Origin: Ministeria vibrans ATCC 50519
Lineage: Eukaryota > Protista > Filasterea
DNA: 64,000 nt
Direction of reading: 5' to 3'
NCBI GenBank assembly: GCA_943704425.1
Contig: CALSCP010001329.1
Coordinates: forward strand, 27,755-91,754
Positions within the stretch are counted from its first letter, which is position 1, and each line of letters starts with the position of its first letter. Under the pieces are notes generated by a model. It did no database searches, was not told where the DNA came from, and saw only the letters and a program-made list of their open reading frames with translations. A program made the position numbers and the translations under genes. This document shows, piece by piece, positions 38,727 to 51,700 of this stretch.

Positions 38727-41700
38727 TCAAACATCACTAGACTTGGCTGCCGCACTGCGCAACGTCGCCTCAACAAACGCATCGGCGTCGGCATGGTCAC
38801 TGAGCACGTCCGCGAGAACCTCGGCGGCATCCAAAAGTTCGCCCATCGACTCGCAGGGCGCCAGTTCCTCCTCAAACATAGACAAAAGTCGTCCCCGACA
38901 CTCCTCGACCAACTCCAAGTCTTTGCTGACCAACCGATCGCGCACCGCCGCGAGTGTCTTGCACGAGCGTTTGCACACCTGCTGCAACTGATCGACCAAT
39001 GCCCAGAGCAGCACATTGGCACGGTACACGGCAAAAGGCGCAAGCACCAGGCGTGGCGCAGTCGCACTGTTGCCACCACTCGAATCAGGCAGACGCAAAG
39101 TACTCGTGGGCGATGAGCTGCGATGGCGCGTGTGTGCAGAGACGAGAAGGCGACGCAGCAGAACAAGTCGTGCTTTGGCCCACTCGTCAGGAGTGTGCAC
39201 CAGCAGTGACAAGACCGTCATAAAGCGCACGTCGTCAACCCGGTAAGCATGGTGTACCCACACCGACGGAGACTCCGCAAGAAACTCCACAAACGCCTTG
39301 GCATACGTGATGCGCTGCTGTTGCTGCTTGAGATCCAGCAGGTACGTGCCCAACTGCAGCACATACGGGATCATGCAAATGTTGCTCTCCGGTCCACCAC
39401 CCTGCGAGTCAACGCTAAACGATGCACCCGTTGCATAACGCTCAAGCAGCTGTCGTAGATCGTGCACAACAATACGAACACGCGACGCCTCCAAACGACC
39501 CAGGCCCGACAGGTTCTGAAAGTACCGCTCCACCGCCTGGCCATACGTCTCGTTGGGCACACGTTCGCCGCGCAAAGGCAACAGGTTGTTGCAGCGACTC
39601 TCGTTGCGAAGCGACGCTCCTTGCCACTCCTGCTGGCCCTGGCGTCGCGCCCGGTCCGCCCGTGCCGCCTCCATGTGACAATTGGCGTGTACCAGATGAA
39701 AGTGCGTCACCGTCGCACAGCCTTGTTCGCGACGACCGGACCCCTCGGCGCCCCCGTCCAGTTCAGTGCGCTTCGAAAAGGTGTACATGCCTAGCACTTC
39801 GTCAGGCTTGAATACGTACCCTTCGCGACAAATCATACACACGTGTCCTTCCTCCTCCGTCAACTCCTCTAGACCCGACATCTTCACAGACGCCACAATC
39901 CGATCGCCTCCACTCCTTGTCACGTCGGGCACCGCAGCAGCAGCAGCTGCTGCTACTTCGGTACCCTCACCAACACCACCAGAGGATGACGTTGTTGTAG
40001 CTGCTGCCGCTGATGATGATGCCAAGGATGCTGATGCTGCTGCTGCTGGCAATGCACCACCACCACCACCACCACCACCACCACCACCACCAGACTTGAA
40101 GCCAAGCTTGGCCATAATCTCCTTGCGTTTCTCGAGCGCCAGGCGACGTTTCTCCTCCTTGGTCGCAGCTCGAAGCGCATCAATCTGTGTCGCAAGCGCC
40201 GGTGCCTTGGCCATCTCTTCCAAAAGGTTCTCCGCGAGCGTGCCCAGTCGCTCCGACGACGACACATGCTCAAAGCGATGTACCAGCTCGGCCAGACGTT
40301 CGCGCAGCACAAACTCTTGTGTGTTCCCGTGGTCTTGCACGAGACCCGTCAGAATGCGCAGAACCAGCGGTACGCTCGGCTGTGCAAAGAACCGACGCCA
40401 GTGCTCTACAACCTCGCTCGTGGTCGCCTGCGACTGCGTGTCGTTGCTCATGCTCGGCGGCGCAGCCTTGGTTGGCATCGTCTCACGCAAGTAGTCGACC
40501 AGTCGCAGTGGCAGACCTTGTGTCAAAATCAGGTCTTTGAGGCGCGCGCCGTTGCGATCGGCACTAATCGCCTGGCAAATCAACGCAAAACACTCGAGCT
40601 CCGCTTCGTCCTCGTCCGAATGCGCCTGGTCGTACGCACGCGGGTTGGTGAATGACTCAAAGTGACGCACCAGCAGTTGCATCTTGTGCATCTCGCCAAA
40701 TGTGAGAAAGCTCAGAATGCGCGCCATTGCCTGCAGCAGACGCGGGTTGTGGCACACAAAGGGGCTCGACACCTTCTCGAGAAACACGGACAGTTGCGAG
40801 GCGTCCGCCGACACCATGGGACTCACAGAGACGACATCGGCGGCCATGGTCATGGAGGGTATTGTCGTCGTCGCCGTGGGTGTCGTCGCTCGACTCGCCG
40901 CCGTACTGCTGCGGTGACGCTCTTGCAGTGCCAGGTTCGCCTCGACAAGAACGCTCTCGGTGACAGAGAGCAGTCCCACCGAGATGTCGTTGGGCGCGCG
41001 TTGAAGAAATGCCTCCTTGAGCTTGTCCAGCAGAATGTTGACAGCGTCCAAGTTGGAGGCGAGCATCGCACGCCGGTTCACGTGAATCATGCTGCATTGC
41101 AACAGCTTGATGGCAAGCTCGGCGAGTGTCTGCTCATTCTCAAAGCTTCGCACGCGCTGAATTTGCACGAGAAGCGCCTGAAGACCGCCGCACTTGGCAA
41201 AAACGTCGCTCACGGCATAGGCAATTTCAGGGTCGATCTCTTCGCTCGTATCCGGAAAGGACTCCACCATGTCCTCGGTGGCGTCGCCGTCGAGTCCTTG
41301 CAGCCGGTATGTAACCGCCATGGGCGCGTCGGGCGAATCTGACTCGCGGCGCCACACGTTCTCGTACACATCGGCGACGCGCAGGTCCAGCTTGATAATC
41401 TTGTTGCACACCAGCAGCTCCATGCCAAAGTCGTCGTCAACCATGCCAAAGAGCTCCAGGTCGACACACACCTTGTTCTTGACGTCCCGCATGAGCTCGC
41501 CAAAGTCACTGCTCGGGTAGGGGTTGCGCGTCATCTGGCCTCGCACGTACTCCTCTTGCGATGCCTGCTTGGTCAGCACCAGTCGAAATTGCGACACCTC
41601 CTTGGGCGGACACACAATGCGACACATTTGCTCCAACACAAATACAGGCGTGCGACGATCGCTCTCGTCGGCCGACGTGCGTGTCAGCGTGAACACACAC

Positions 41701-43723
41701 GCCTCCAAAAACTGTCGCTTCTCGTTCTCCGTCCCTGTCGTCAGCATGTTCAACAGCGCCAAGAGAGTCTCTTCGCCCTCGTCGACCATCTTGGTGCGCT
41801 GTAGCACCACGCCCCGCAGTCGCAAGTAGCCGGACAAGATGAATTCCTGAAGTTGGCTGCGCTTAAAGTAGCGACGCACCGAATCAATAAGCAACAAGCG
41901 ATGCAGCTGCACGGTAAGCACCTGCACCGAGTAGCCTTCAAAGGGCGACACGGCCGCACTTTGACGGGCCCGAAGACGCTCAATCTCCTCGCCGAGCACA
42001 CGACACAGACGTGGAAGAACACCACGCGCCACAATGTACTTGCAGTCGCTCGCAGCAGTGGTGAGCTCGCGGAAAAGACGCACAAACGCCGTTGAGTTGG
42101 TCTGGGCACCACCAATATAATCGAGCATCGTCACAAGGACATCGAGCAGGCGACAGCGAAGCGCATCCGACGTGCGCGCGAGGGATCGCACAAGGGTGCA
42201 TGTTTCACGCCGAACGCGTGCCGAGCGAGATGTAAACAGTAGCGTCGCAAGCCAATTGCGAGGAGACTCGGACGAAGCCACTCCATTGGCTCTGCCGCCA
42301 CTGCCACTGCCACTGCCACTAGCGGCGAGCGACATCAAGAGCGTAGCAACGCTGCCGGGCTTCAAAGAACCTGTCCGAGACCACCATCGCATTGCGTACT
42401 TTCGCGTGAGCTGGCGAACGCCAGTATCGACTTCCTCATCGTCATTGTGGTCGCCATCGGCCTTCTCTGGCGCATCAGTCGCAGCATGGCCGCCGTTGCG
42501 ATGGCGCCATGCATCAAAGGACGCCGACCAAGGTGCCGCGCCAACGGCCCATTGCGCATAGCTCGCCAGGGGTGGGAGTTCAGCAGCGACAACGGCGGGT
42601 GTCGCAGAGGTCGCGTCGACGGCGGCAACTGAGTCTGAGGCAGTCGCGACTGGCGTGTCGTCAGAAGAACCTCCAAAAATTGCATAGGTGGCCTTCCAGC
42701 CTGTTTCGGTGTCGCCCTCGTCGTTGACCATAGCATACGAAAAGAGGTCACTGTGCACCGAGCTTAAGTGCTCACGCAACGTTCCCGCCGCATGCTCACC
42801 GGTGCAAATAGCACAAGTACCTGGTGATGCTGCGCTTGTTGTTGCTCGTGCTGCAGCAGAGGTTTCGGCAGTGCCACGAGACGGAGCAGCTGCCGCAGGC
42901 TCGGCAGCGACACTAGTAATGCGCGAGAGCACACGAAGACAAGGAAGCACAATGGCGTTGACAACGACACCCCTTGCCATGCACGAGGGCGTGTCGAGGA
43001 CACTGAAGAACAAGCGAAGCATTTTGCGCAGACGCACTTCCCAGTGAGCATCGTTGAGATCACACGCATCGCACAGCAGTTGAATGTCGGGTGCAACCAA
43101 CAATTCGGCCTGAAGGTCAAAGCGATCACGTGCCACGCGCAAGATGCGCTCGCAGAGGGCATCCATGACAAGAACCGACGCGCGTTCGTTGTTCCACATG
43201 AGTGCCGTGAGGACATCAGCGACGCCCGCATGCGGATCAGTCTTGCCTTCGTTGTTGCCTCCCACATTCGTCTTGGTGCTTTGTCCACCAAAGTCAAACG
43301 AGAGCATCGGCACCAGCGTGTCCACGATGCCAAGCGAGAGGAGCTCGTCGCGTAACACTTCGTTGCCTGCCATGTAGGCAAGGAGACGAAGCGAATTGCC
43401 AACAAATGTGCGGGCACACACGAAACAACGCTCGGTCGCCGTGGTGCTGTCGTCGTCGAGAGCAGCACGCTCAATGAGAGCGTCCACATCGGCAAGACGA
43501 CTTACTGCTCCAGGCTCCTTTGACAGATCGTACGCAATCAACGCCCGACGCCGTGCCACCATCAAGATTGCGCTACGAGCAAGTTTGGCCGACGCCGTGG
43601 CGCACTCACCCGTGTACAGCGACACAAGTGAAGACACGTCGGAACGAATTGACGAGGCAGAAGGCGGCGTCGTGGTCGTCTCTCCCGACTGTTGTTGTAG
43701 CTGTTGCTGTAGTTGTTGCTGTA

Positions 43724-43754
<31 letters not shown>

Positions 43755-46700
43755 TTGAACCTGCTGCATTCGTTCGCGGCGCAAACGACGATGGGCGTCA
43801 GCTTCTTCACGATCGCGTGATGGCTCGCCACGCGAAAAAATGTTGTGGAAACGGTGACCGCCCAAGAAGGGTGGTGGTTCGTCGTTGCCTCGCGGGACAA
43901 AAAGACCGCCAGTGTCCGTCGGGGGTACGACAAAGCCACCGGCGGCAAGTCGCTGTGAGAGCGAGGCAGCAGCAGCACTTGTGGGGTCCTCTTGACGACT
44001 GTTGTTGCTGTAGGGATAGTCGTTGTCGACCCCATCGTCGGCAACATCACCACCACCACCACCGTCGTTGAGCAACTCGCCAAACATCGAAGGGCCCGCT
44101 GAGGCACGAGCGTCAAGTTGACGCACGTGAGCGAGAACCTTGGAGCGGAGTACGTGCATGGCAGAGTGATTCCGCGCGAAGTTGGCCACGTCTGTGGCCG
44201 ACTCGTTGAGCACACGACGACGCTCCTCGTCGCTATCGATGGTGCTGGCTGTGTCGCTCACGCGTGAGTCAAACGAAAATTCAAACCGCCCAAACTTGGA
44301 GTAGCCACACTCGTTGCACTGGAATGCCTGGCGATTGCCATAGTTGATGTTGCGACACTCGCGACACTGGTTTGCATTCTCCCCACAGTTGCGACACATG
44401 CCATGGCGATCGGTGACCATATGGCTGCAGCGTGGGCACTGCAGGTGGTCGGCCAGGCCCAGCGACTCCTCGACATTCACATAGTCGAGGCGAATGTTGC
44501 ACGCCACAACGGGCAGCGCAAATTCTTCGCGAAAGTCGACAGACGATGTGCCCGTCGACGCGACGCTTGGCACGCGAATGGTGGCAACCTTCTTCCAAAG
44601 ATCCGGACGGTTTCGTAAATCGTTTGCATCCTGCACCGCCACCGACGTCGTGTACAGCACAATGTCGTGAACCGTGCGTCCGCGCTGCATGTCGGTGATG
44701 CGCACTTGAATGCCGCGAATGTCATATGCTGACTTGAGGCGATACATCGACGTGCTGTCCGTGTGTCGCTTCTCAACACGCATGCTGCGCAGACGTGTCG
44801 GCGCAAAGGGAACCGGCTTTTGAGGGCACATGAGGCATGCATTCGTGTCCAGGTGGTAGCTCATAGGTCGAGCACAGACAGCTTCAAGGGTTGCGTACGC
44901 TTCGCGGTTCGGGTGATGCATGAGACGGCGCGCATCCTGCGCGACGGCTTGCAGTGTCCTTTGTGCAACCATGCGTGCTTGAACACGTGCCTCGTCGTCA
45001 CCCAAACAAGTCGGCGATGCGTCATCTTGCTGCACGACAAACGCAAGAAGCTCAAAGTACTCTTCGGTACGCGAACCGGCCGTCACCGAGTCGGACAGCT
45101 CGTCCCACAGCAACGCAGTGATTCGATGACGACGCTGAGGCGTGTCTGCGCGCATAAGCAGCCAGTAAATAAAATCGCGTGCGTGCAATCGAATTGAGGG
45201 AGTGGCGCCGCCCAAAAGAAAGCGACGCACAAACAAGAGCAGCATCGACGCGTGGCTCTCTAAGACGGTGTCAAATACAGCGCTCAATCGTGAGGAGCTG
45301 GCACTGACCGTCGTAGCAGTAGTAGTGACTACCGGTGCCTCGACACTATCAACACCACGTGTAGTCAATGGTGGCGTTCCACTGCTGTTGCGTGCAGACG
45401 GCGTTGTCGCACCGCCACCAATGGTACGCAGTCTTTCACGCACAATGTCGAGACGTTCCGAGAGCCGTCCGTCCGTCGAATCGTCATTGAGTGGCGAGGA
45501 AGTTGACGTTGGGATGACGTCGCTCACCACAGGCTCAATGAGTGTAGGTGCAGTCAATGTTGACGTCCTTGTGGACTCTGCTGCTGCTGCTGCTGCTGCT
45601 GCACTCTGGCTGGAACCTGCCTCTTCACTGGTGGTGTCCGCAGTAAGAACAAGTGCGCGCGCTAGCAGGTTGAGGGCGTGCGGGACGGCGTCGTTGTGGA
45701 GAACGTGCACGGCGCGAAAGAGGATGGAAATCACGTGGGGATTGCGCTCACAGTGAACACGCCAGCTTTCCTCACGTGTGAGTGCCCCTCGAAGCATGCC
45801 TTGAAATATGCTCACCAGCTCAACGCTCTGCGTGTAGCTAGGAGCACAATCGGGATTGCGAGCAATGGTGGCCCAAGCAGACTCGGCACGCTTGGCAAGC
45901 ACCGACAGCTTGTACGCGTCGCGTTGAGCACGATAAACATCTTTGGAGAAGCAGACGGCACGCAGGAGCATGCGAGCACGTCGAAATGAGCCAAAAAACA
46001 TGAGATTCGACAGCAAATGGCACCAGGCATCGCCCGACACGTGCTCGTAGCCCGGACTCTGAGGGCGACCGAGCAGCGAGTGCAAATGACTCGCTACACT
46101 CAGTGCAGCATCCCCAAGTACGAGAGAAAATGTGGTGTGCGTGTAGAGGAGGCCATCGGAGCGAATGCACGCGTCACGTACGGCAGCATGAGTCGCAAAT
46201 GGAGCGCAACAGGGAGGCACGGCACGACGAGCGCGCAAAAGTGCACCACCGCCGTCGGGCGCAGCAACAGCTGCCTCCACGACAACGTCGCCTGCGCCTG
46301 CGCCTGCACCTGCACCACTGCCGTCGTTCATAGCAATCAGTCCCTCCACAGAGCGGTCGTCAGTAAGCGAAGCATCGTGCTCAACAAGGCCATTGACGTG
46401 CTCGAGAAGCTCACGGAGTACACGCGCTCCCTCGGCTTGGACGATCACATGGCACACGGTCGAGCGGACCTGTTCCGACACGACACGTCCTGTCATGAGC
46501 GACAGTGTTGACAGGATGGTGAGGCGCACCTCCGAGCGCCCACAGTGTTTCCACCGTTCCGCCACCCGCGTTGCAGCGGTCTCGTTCTTGTTCGCGTCCG
46601 TGGGCAGTTCTCCAGCGACCACTTTCCACAGTGCGGTGATACAGTCACGGACAGCATCAAGAGACGCACAGCGGACAAGTGCCATGAGAAGCGTGTCCGC

Positions 46701-48666
46701 AGCAGGAATGGCCGCGAGTCCATGTACTTCCTGATGACTCGCTGCATCGTCCTTGCTTGCCTGGTTGCACAACCAACGCGTCACAAACGGCACCAAACGG
46801 TCCACAACAGTTTCGGGCAGTGCCACAAGGGCACGTTCAATGCCGACCGTCGCGGCAACGGAAACAAAACCATTTTTGGCATAGAGCAGACGCGAAAGCA
46901 GTGTACATGCGTGATCAGTCTCGCTGGAGACGCAAGGAACGTTGATGGCAGCGAGAAGAATTTGTGCAAGGACGCTTGCGGTCGTACACGACGGGCTCAT
47001 CAAACTGAGCTGGTGTGTGGAAGCGGAGGCGGAGGAAGAGGAGCCACTTGATGAGGCACTGTACGCACGGCTCGAAGCGGTCAAGGTGGAGATATTTGCG
47101 TGGGTGTGTATCGTCCAAAATCGTTCGTAGAGCTGCGTGAGTCTTTGCATGCCTTCCTCCGTCGCAAGAGCACCCACCCAACGCGCGGGGTTGTACAAAA
47201 GCAAGTCTCTCAAGGCAACCACAACCCATAGGTACTGTTCGGCAGCCAGCTCGAGTGTCAACGACGCTTCATCACATGCCATGTCCACAAACCGTCGTAT
47301 CACCGCAATGTCCTCCACCATTTCAGCTGTGTCCGCGGTCACACAGCCATCGCTCTTTTTCTCGTCGCCAAGACACCCTCCGAGCGAGAGAAGGGCTGCG
47401 CGTGCAACGGCGGGTGTTTGGCGATCCCCGAGGACACGACGGAGGCGATCGTTGAGTTGGGACAAGAATTCGGATGACGTGCCGCAGGTGTCGTCGTCGT
47501 CTACAAGAGACGTTTGGAGACGCAGCAGGGAGAGACTGGCTACAACAAGAATGTTCTCGGCAGGCGAGGTCACGGGGGGGAGGCAGAATTTCTCAAACTT
47601 TTGCGCGACTTCGAGCTGGTGCTGACGGATGAGGGTCGCTTCGAGTTCCTGCAGAGCACTGGCTTGTGCCTCGGCGTCATGGGCCTTAATGTCGGGCCCG
47701 GGCAAGTTTTTGGCGGTTGGCCAGCCGTTGTAGGAGACGGGAAGGGCCCACATCTCAATCGAGTCTACGACAACCCCGTTGGCACGGGGTTGGAATTCAA
47801 TGGTAATGCTGTTGTTCAACGCGTCCGATTCCTCGCGCGACAAGGGAACATCGTACCAGCGAACCTTGTTCGGCAGCGTCTTCAAGGCAACAACGCCACC
47901 AGCAATGCGAATCGTTGTTGGAATGTGGCGTGGCGCGCTCTGTCCCACGAGTACGCGTACACCAGCGAGTTTCGAGTGCGATGCACAATTTTTCAGGGTG
48001 ATTGTCAGTCCACCACGACCCCGTGTAGCGATGTAGCCTGACTGCGACACGAGGCGCTCCTTCATCTGTCTTGGGTTGCACAGCGATCCCGGAGTGTCGC
48101 TGGTGACCACCATGGACGAGGTGACGTCGCGACACTCTTCGAAAAAGTCAATGGGAAAGCCCATGCGACGACCCACGTCATTACCAGCCAACGCGTCCTC
48201 GGCACCTCCACCATTGCCATCGCCACCACCGTCGCCACCGCCACCACCAGCAGTGGTAGCACGAGGAGTCATACCATAGCCACCCCCATAGGGCACGTAG
48301 AGACCAGACGTCGGCTGAGCAGAGACAGATCGATCTCCAAAGACACTGCCTCCACGCCCTGCACGCCCACTGGCCCTGGCGTCATACCCAGTCATCCTTA
48401 CAAAGAGGCTATCGTTCATGGGGCTGGGAACACCACTGTCATCAAAGTCCATGGAAATGTCTGCTGGCGCAACAAGCGGCAATGCCGTCTGGCTGCCTCG
48501 TGTTAGACCGAAATATCCACGACGACGTCGCGCCGACTGTGTCTCGTTGTTTTCTCCACTTGCATCATCAGTCGTAGGGATTTCCGGCGCCGAAGCAAGG
48601 ACACGCAAAACGCCAGAATCAACCTCGTTGTCAGCATCGACATCATCATCATTATCATCATCATCA

Positions 48667-48704
<38 letters not shown>

Positions 48705-51700
48705 TTCCTTTGCTTCCTCCTCCTCATTGCGATTCTTTCGACGTCTCAAAGGCGGCAAGGGGCTCATGCTCCTGTTGCATATCTTGGACGTCGTCACACC
48801 GTCAACCTTTGCTGGCACCGTGGCAGCAGCGGCCGCGGCTGTTTCGGTACTGGACGAAAAAGGCGGAAGCGGGGACGCTTCGGCAGCAGCAGTGACTGTA
48901 TGGACAGGCAAATCTTCAATAAAGGTGTCGGCAAGGGCCCATGCGACCAGGTGGAGATCGTTGGACGATGTGGTCGTCGAAGGCGCTGAGGTCGATGAGG
49001 CAAGCATGGCCAGAGTCATCAAATTCGAACTGGGAAACAGCGAAGTGGAAGACGCCTTGGCTTCCCGACTCGCCTTTCGTGCAAGGGCTCGAGACGACTC
49101 GGTCAGGGTGGTCGCAAGAATTTGACCGTCCTCAAGCAGGAGAAAAACCTCGGCGGAAGCAGAGGCAACCGCAAGACCCTCGACAACGCTTGAGGTGCGA
49201 AACACATCGACACGATTGCCACCAGTAACATTGGACACGGTATAGGCTGTGACACCGGAGGGACGCGCCGAGGCCATGCCAACCAACACGAAAGACTGCT
49301 CGGGATTGGAGGACGTAGCGGCGAAGGTGCTCACCATCGAAGTTGGTTCAAGAGTATGCCAGTGGTGGGCAACAGACCCTTGCGAGCCAAGCACACACGA
49401 CTCGGTCACTGCAGTCATGTCGGCGTTGGTGCGGAAGAGCAATACGCGACCACGTTCGGAGCCGAGAGCGAAGCATTGCCAGGCGTCGATGTAGCCGAGC
49501 GTGCGGCCATCACGACCCACCAAAGCCGAACCGACGAGGATGCGCTCGCCACCGCCGCGCGATTCGTCTGTCAACAGCATCTGACCCACGTTGCCGCTGT
49601 CGTCGAGGACCACGACGACGGGACAGGTATGACGTGAATCCCAGTGACAGACGACGTCAACAATGGTACCGCTCGCAACGGTAATGTAGTGCACGGGAGA
49701 CATGTTGTCCTCGGAGAGGTCGTACACGAGTACCACGGTGTTGGCAACGACCACAAGTTGGGTTTGGCTGTGTGGCACCCACTTGATCGAGTGAATGTAC
49801 GCATCGGGCGAGATAGCGTCGAGGGGCAAGACAAGATTGAGTTGGTCGGCGACACGGCCCGTCTCGTGCAGCGTAATCACGGCACAGTCACGCATGCCAG
49901 CGACCGCAACAAAGGCGCCCATGCACGGATTTGCAACAAGTTGTGTCAGCTCGAAGCCCATCATGGAAGTGCTCGCTATGGAAACGTGTTCAACTTTGCG
50001 TGTGACACCACGTGCAATCGGTGCGTCAGAACCGGCTGAGGCACGGCTCAGTCCCGACGCGTCTGCATCGATAACAGTAAAAGTCTCGCCATTGTCGGTG
50101 GCAGCGCACAGCAATAATCGACTGCGGTCGCCATGACGCGTCGAACACAAGACATTGCGACGAGCGCCCAACGGAAACTGACTGGCACGCAGACGGTTCA
50201 TGTACAAACCGCCGTTCTTGAGTTTGATATGAGGCAGTTGGCCAGCCACGAGCACACGGTCCACATGAAGAATATTCTCCGACAGACTACTCGACAGTAG
50301 CTTCGACAAGGTCGGCACGCCACCTGGGGCAGACGTTGTCGCCATAGTGGACGACGAGGAGGAGGGTGCGGCTGCAGCTGCCGCCGCTGCAGCAGACAAT
50401 TTCGAATCATTGGCAACCGTTGGCGGTGTGAGGGAATCGAGAGTAAACAGGATGAATCGCCACAGGAGTAGCATGGTGTCTCGCTGGCGCAGCAATTCGA
50501 CCACCGACTGTCGTACACCGGAAGGGAAGGCGAGCTCCTCTCGATGCTCCTTTTCCTTGTCGCCTCTGAGCATATCAATTAGCTGCTGCATGGCTGTGTG
50601 AGTAGACGCAACAGGACGCCCCGCTGGCCAAGTGGTGACAAGGGCACCCAAAAGCGCACGGACCTCGGGTGGCGCAACATCAAAGGGTGATGTGGACGAA
50701 TCAAAGATGAGAGGGGCACCCGATGGATCCTTGGACGCGAGTTTCGCGCGAATTTGATCCTCTTGCATCGCACGTTCCTTCTCACGCTCTTGAGGTGTCG
50801 TCTCGTTGGGCAAAGGTGAGTTTTTGCGTTCCGTCAAGCACTTGCACACGGTGTTTCCTTGGACGCCACAGTCGCAAAAGAAGCGACTACGACGCGAGAA
50901 ACGAACATCATGTCCCGCATGACAGACTTGCACGCACACGGAACAGCACCCTTCGGACGCAACCATTTTACATGTGTAACAGTAGTACCAGGGTTGTTCG
51001 ACAAAGTTTCGCGAGGTTGCGACAAAGGTACAGATGGACTGATAGGTGGCGGGACGCAGCGCAAGAAGCGGTCGCACCGATGCAGTCGCCGGGGTCTTGG
51101 CCGACACCGCATCCTTTGTGGCAATCGGTTTCTTGTCGTTTGACTTGCTCTTGGAGGAGGAAGAGGAGGAAGAGGAGCGGTGAATGAAGGAAGAGAGAAC
51201 GCCTGCCTTAGTTGTCCACGCGACCCCTTCACCATCAACAACGGTGTCCTTGTCGGCCTCAAATGACGTGGGTGCCTTTGTGGCGGGTGCCTTTCCGGCA
51301 CGGACAGCAACACATGCAACAGCAATGTCGCCCACGAGTGACGCCAGGCTTGCAATGGCAGTGGTGTGTGGTGTGGTGTCGGTAGAGGAGGATTGTGTGA
51401 GTCGCGCGATGGCACGATCAAGACGATCGAGGATGTTGGACACGAGATGAGTGGTGCCAACGGAAGTGCCGCGAGCGAGAGCCACACGAATCAAATCCAC
51501 CAGGCTCACAAGGCAAGTGGTGTCGCTCGTGAGAGCGTCGGCAGGGACGGTCGCGAGCGACGGCAGGATGATTTTTTTGACGAGCAGCTTGGCAGACATC
51601 TCGTGACCGGTCGCAAGTAGACGCCAAAACGACACGACACTTTCGCGATCCGCCACGGATCGCGATGGGTCCAACAGTGCGCCGAAACGCTCGATGGGAA

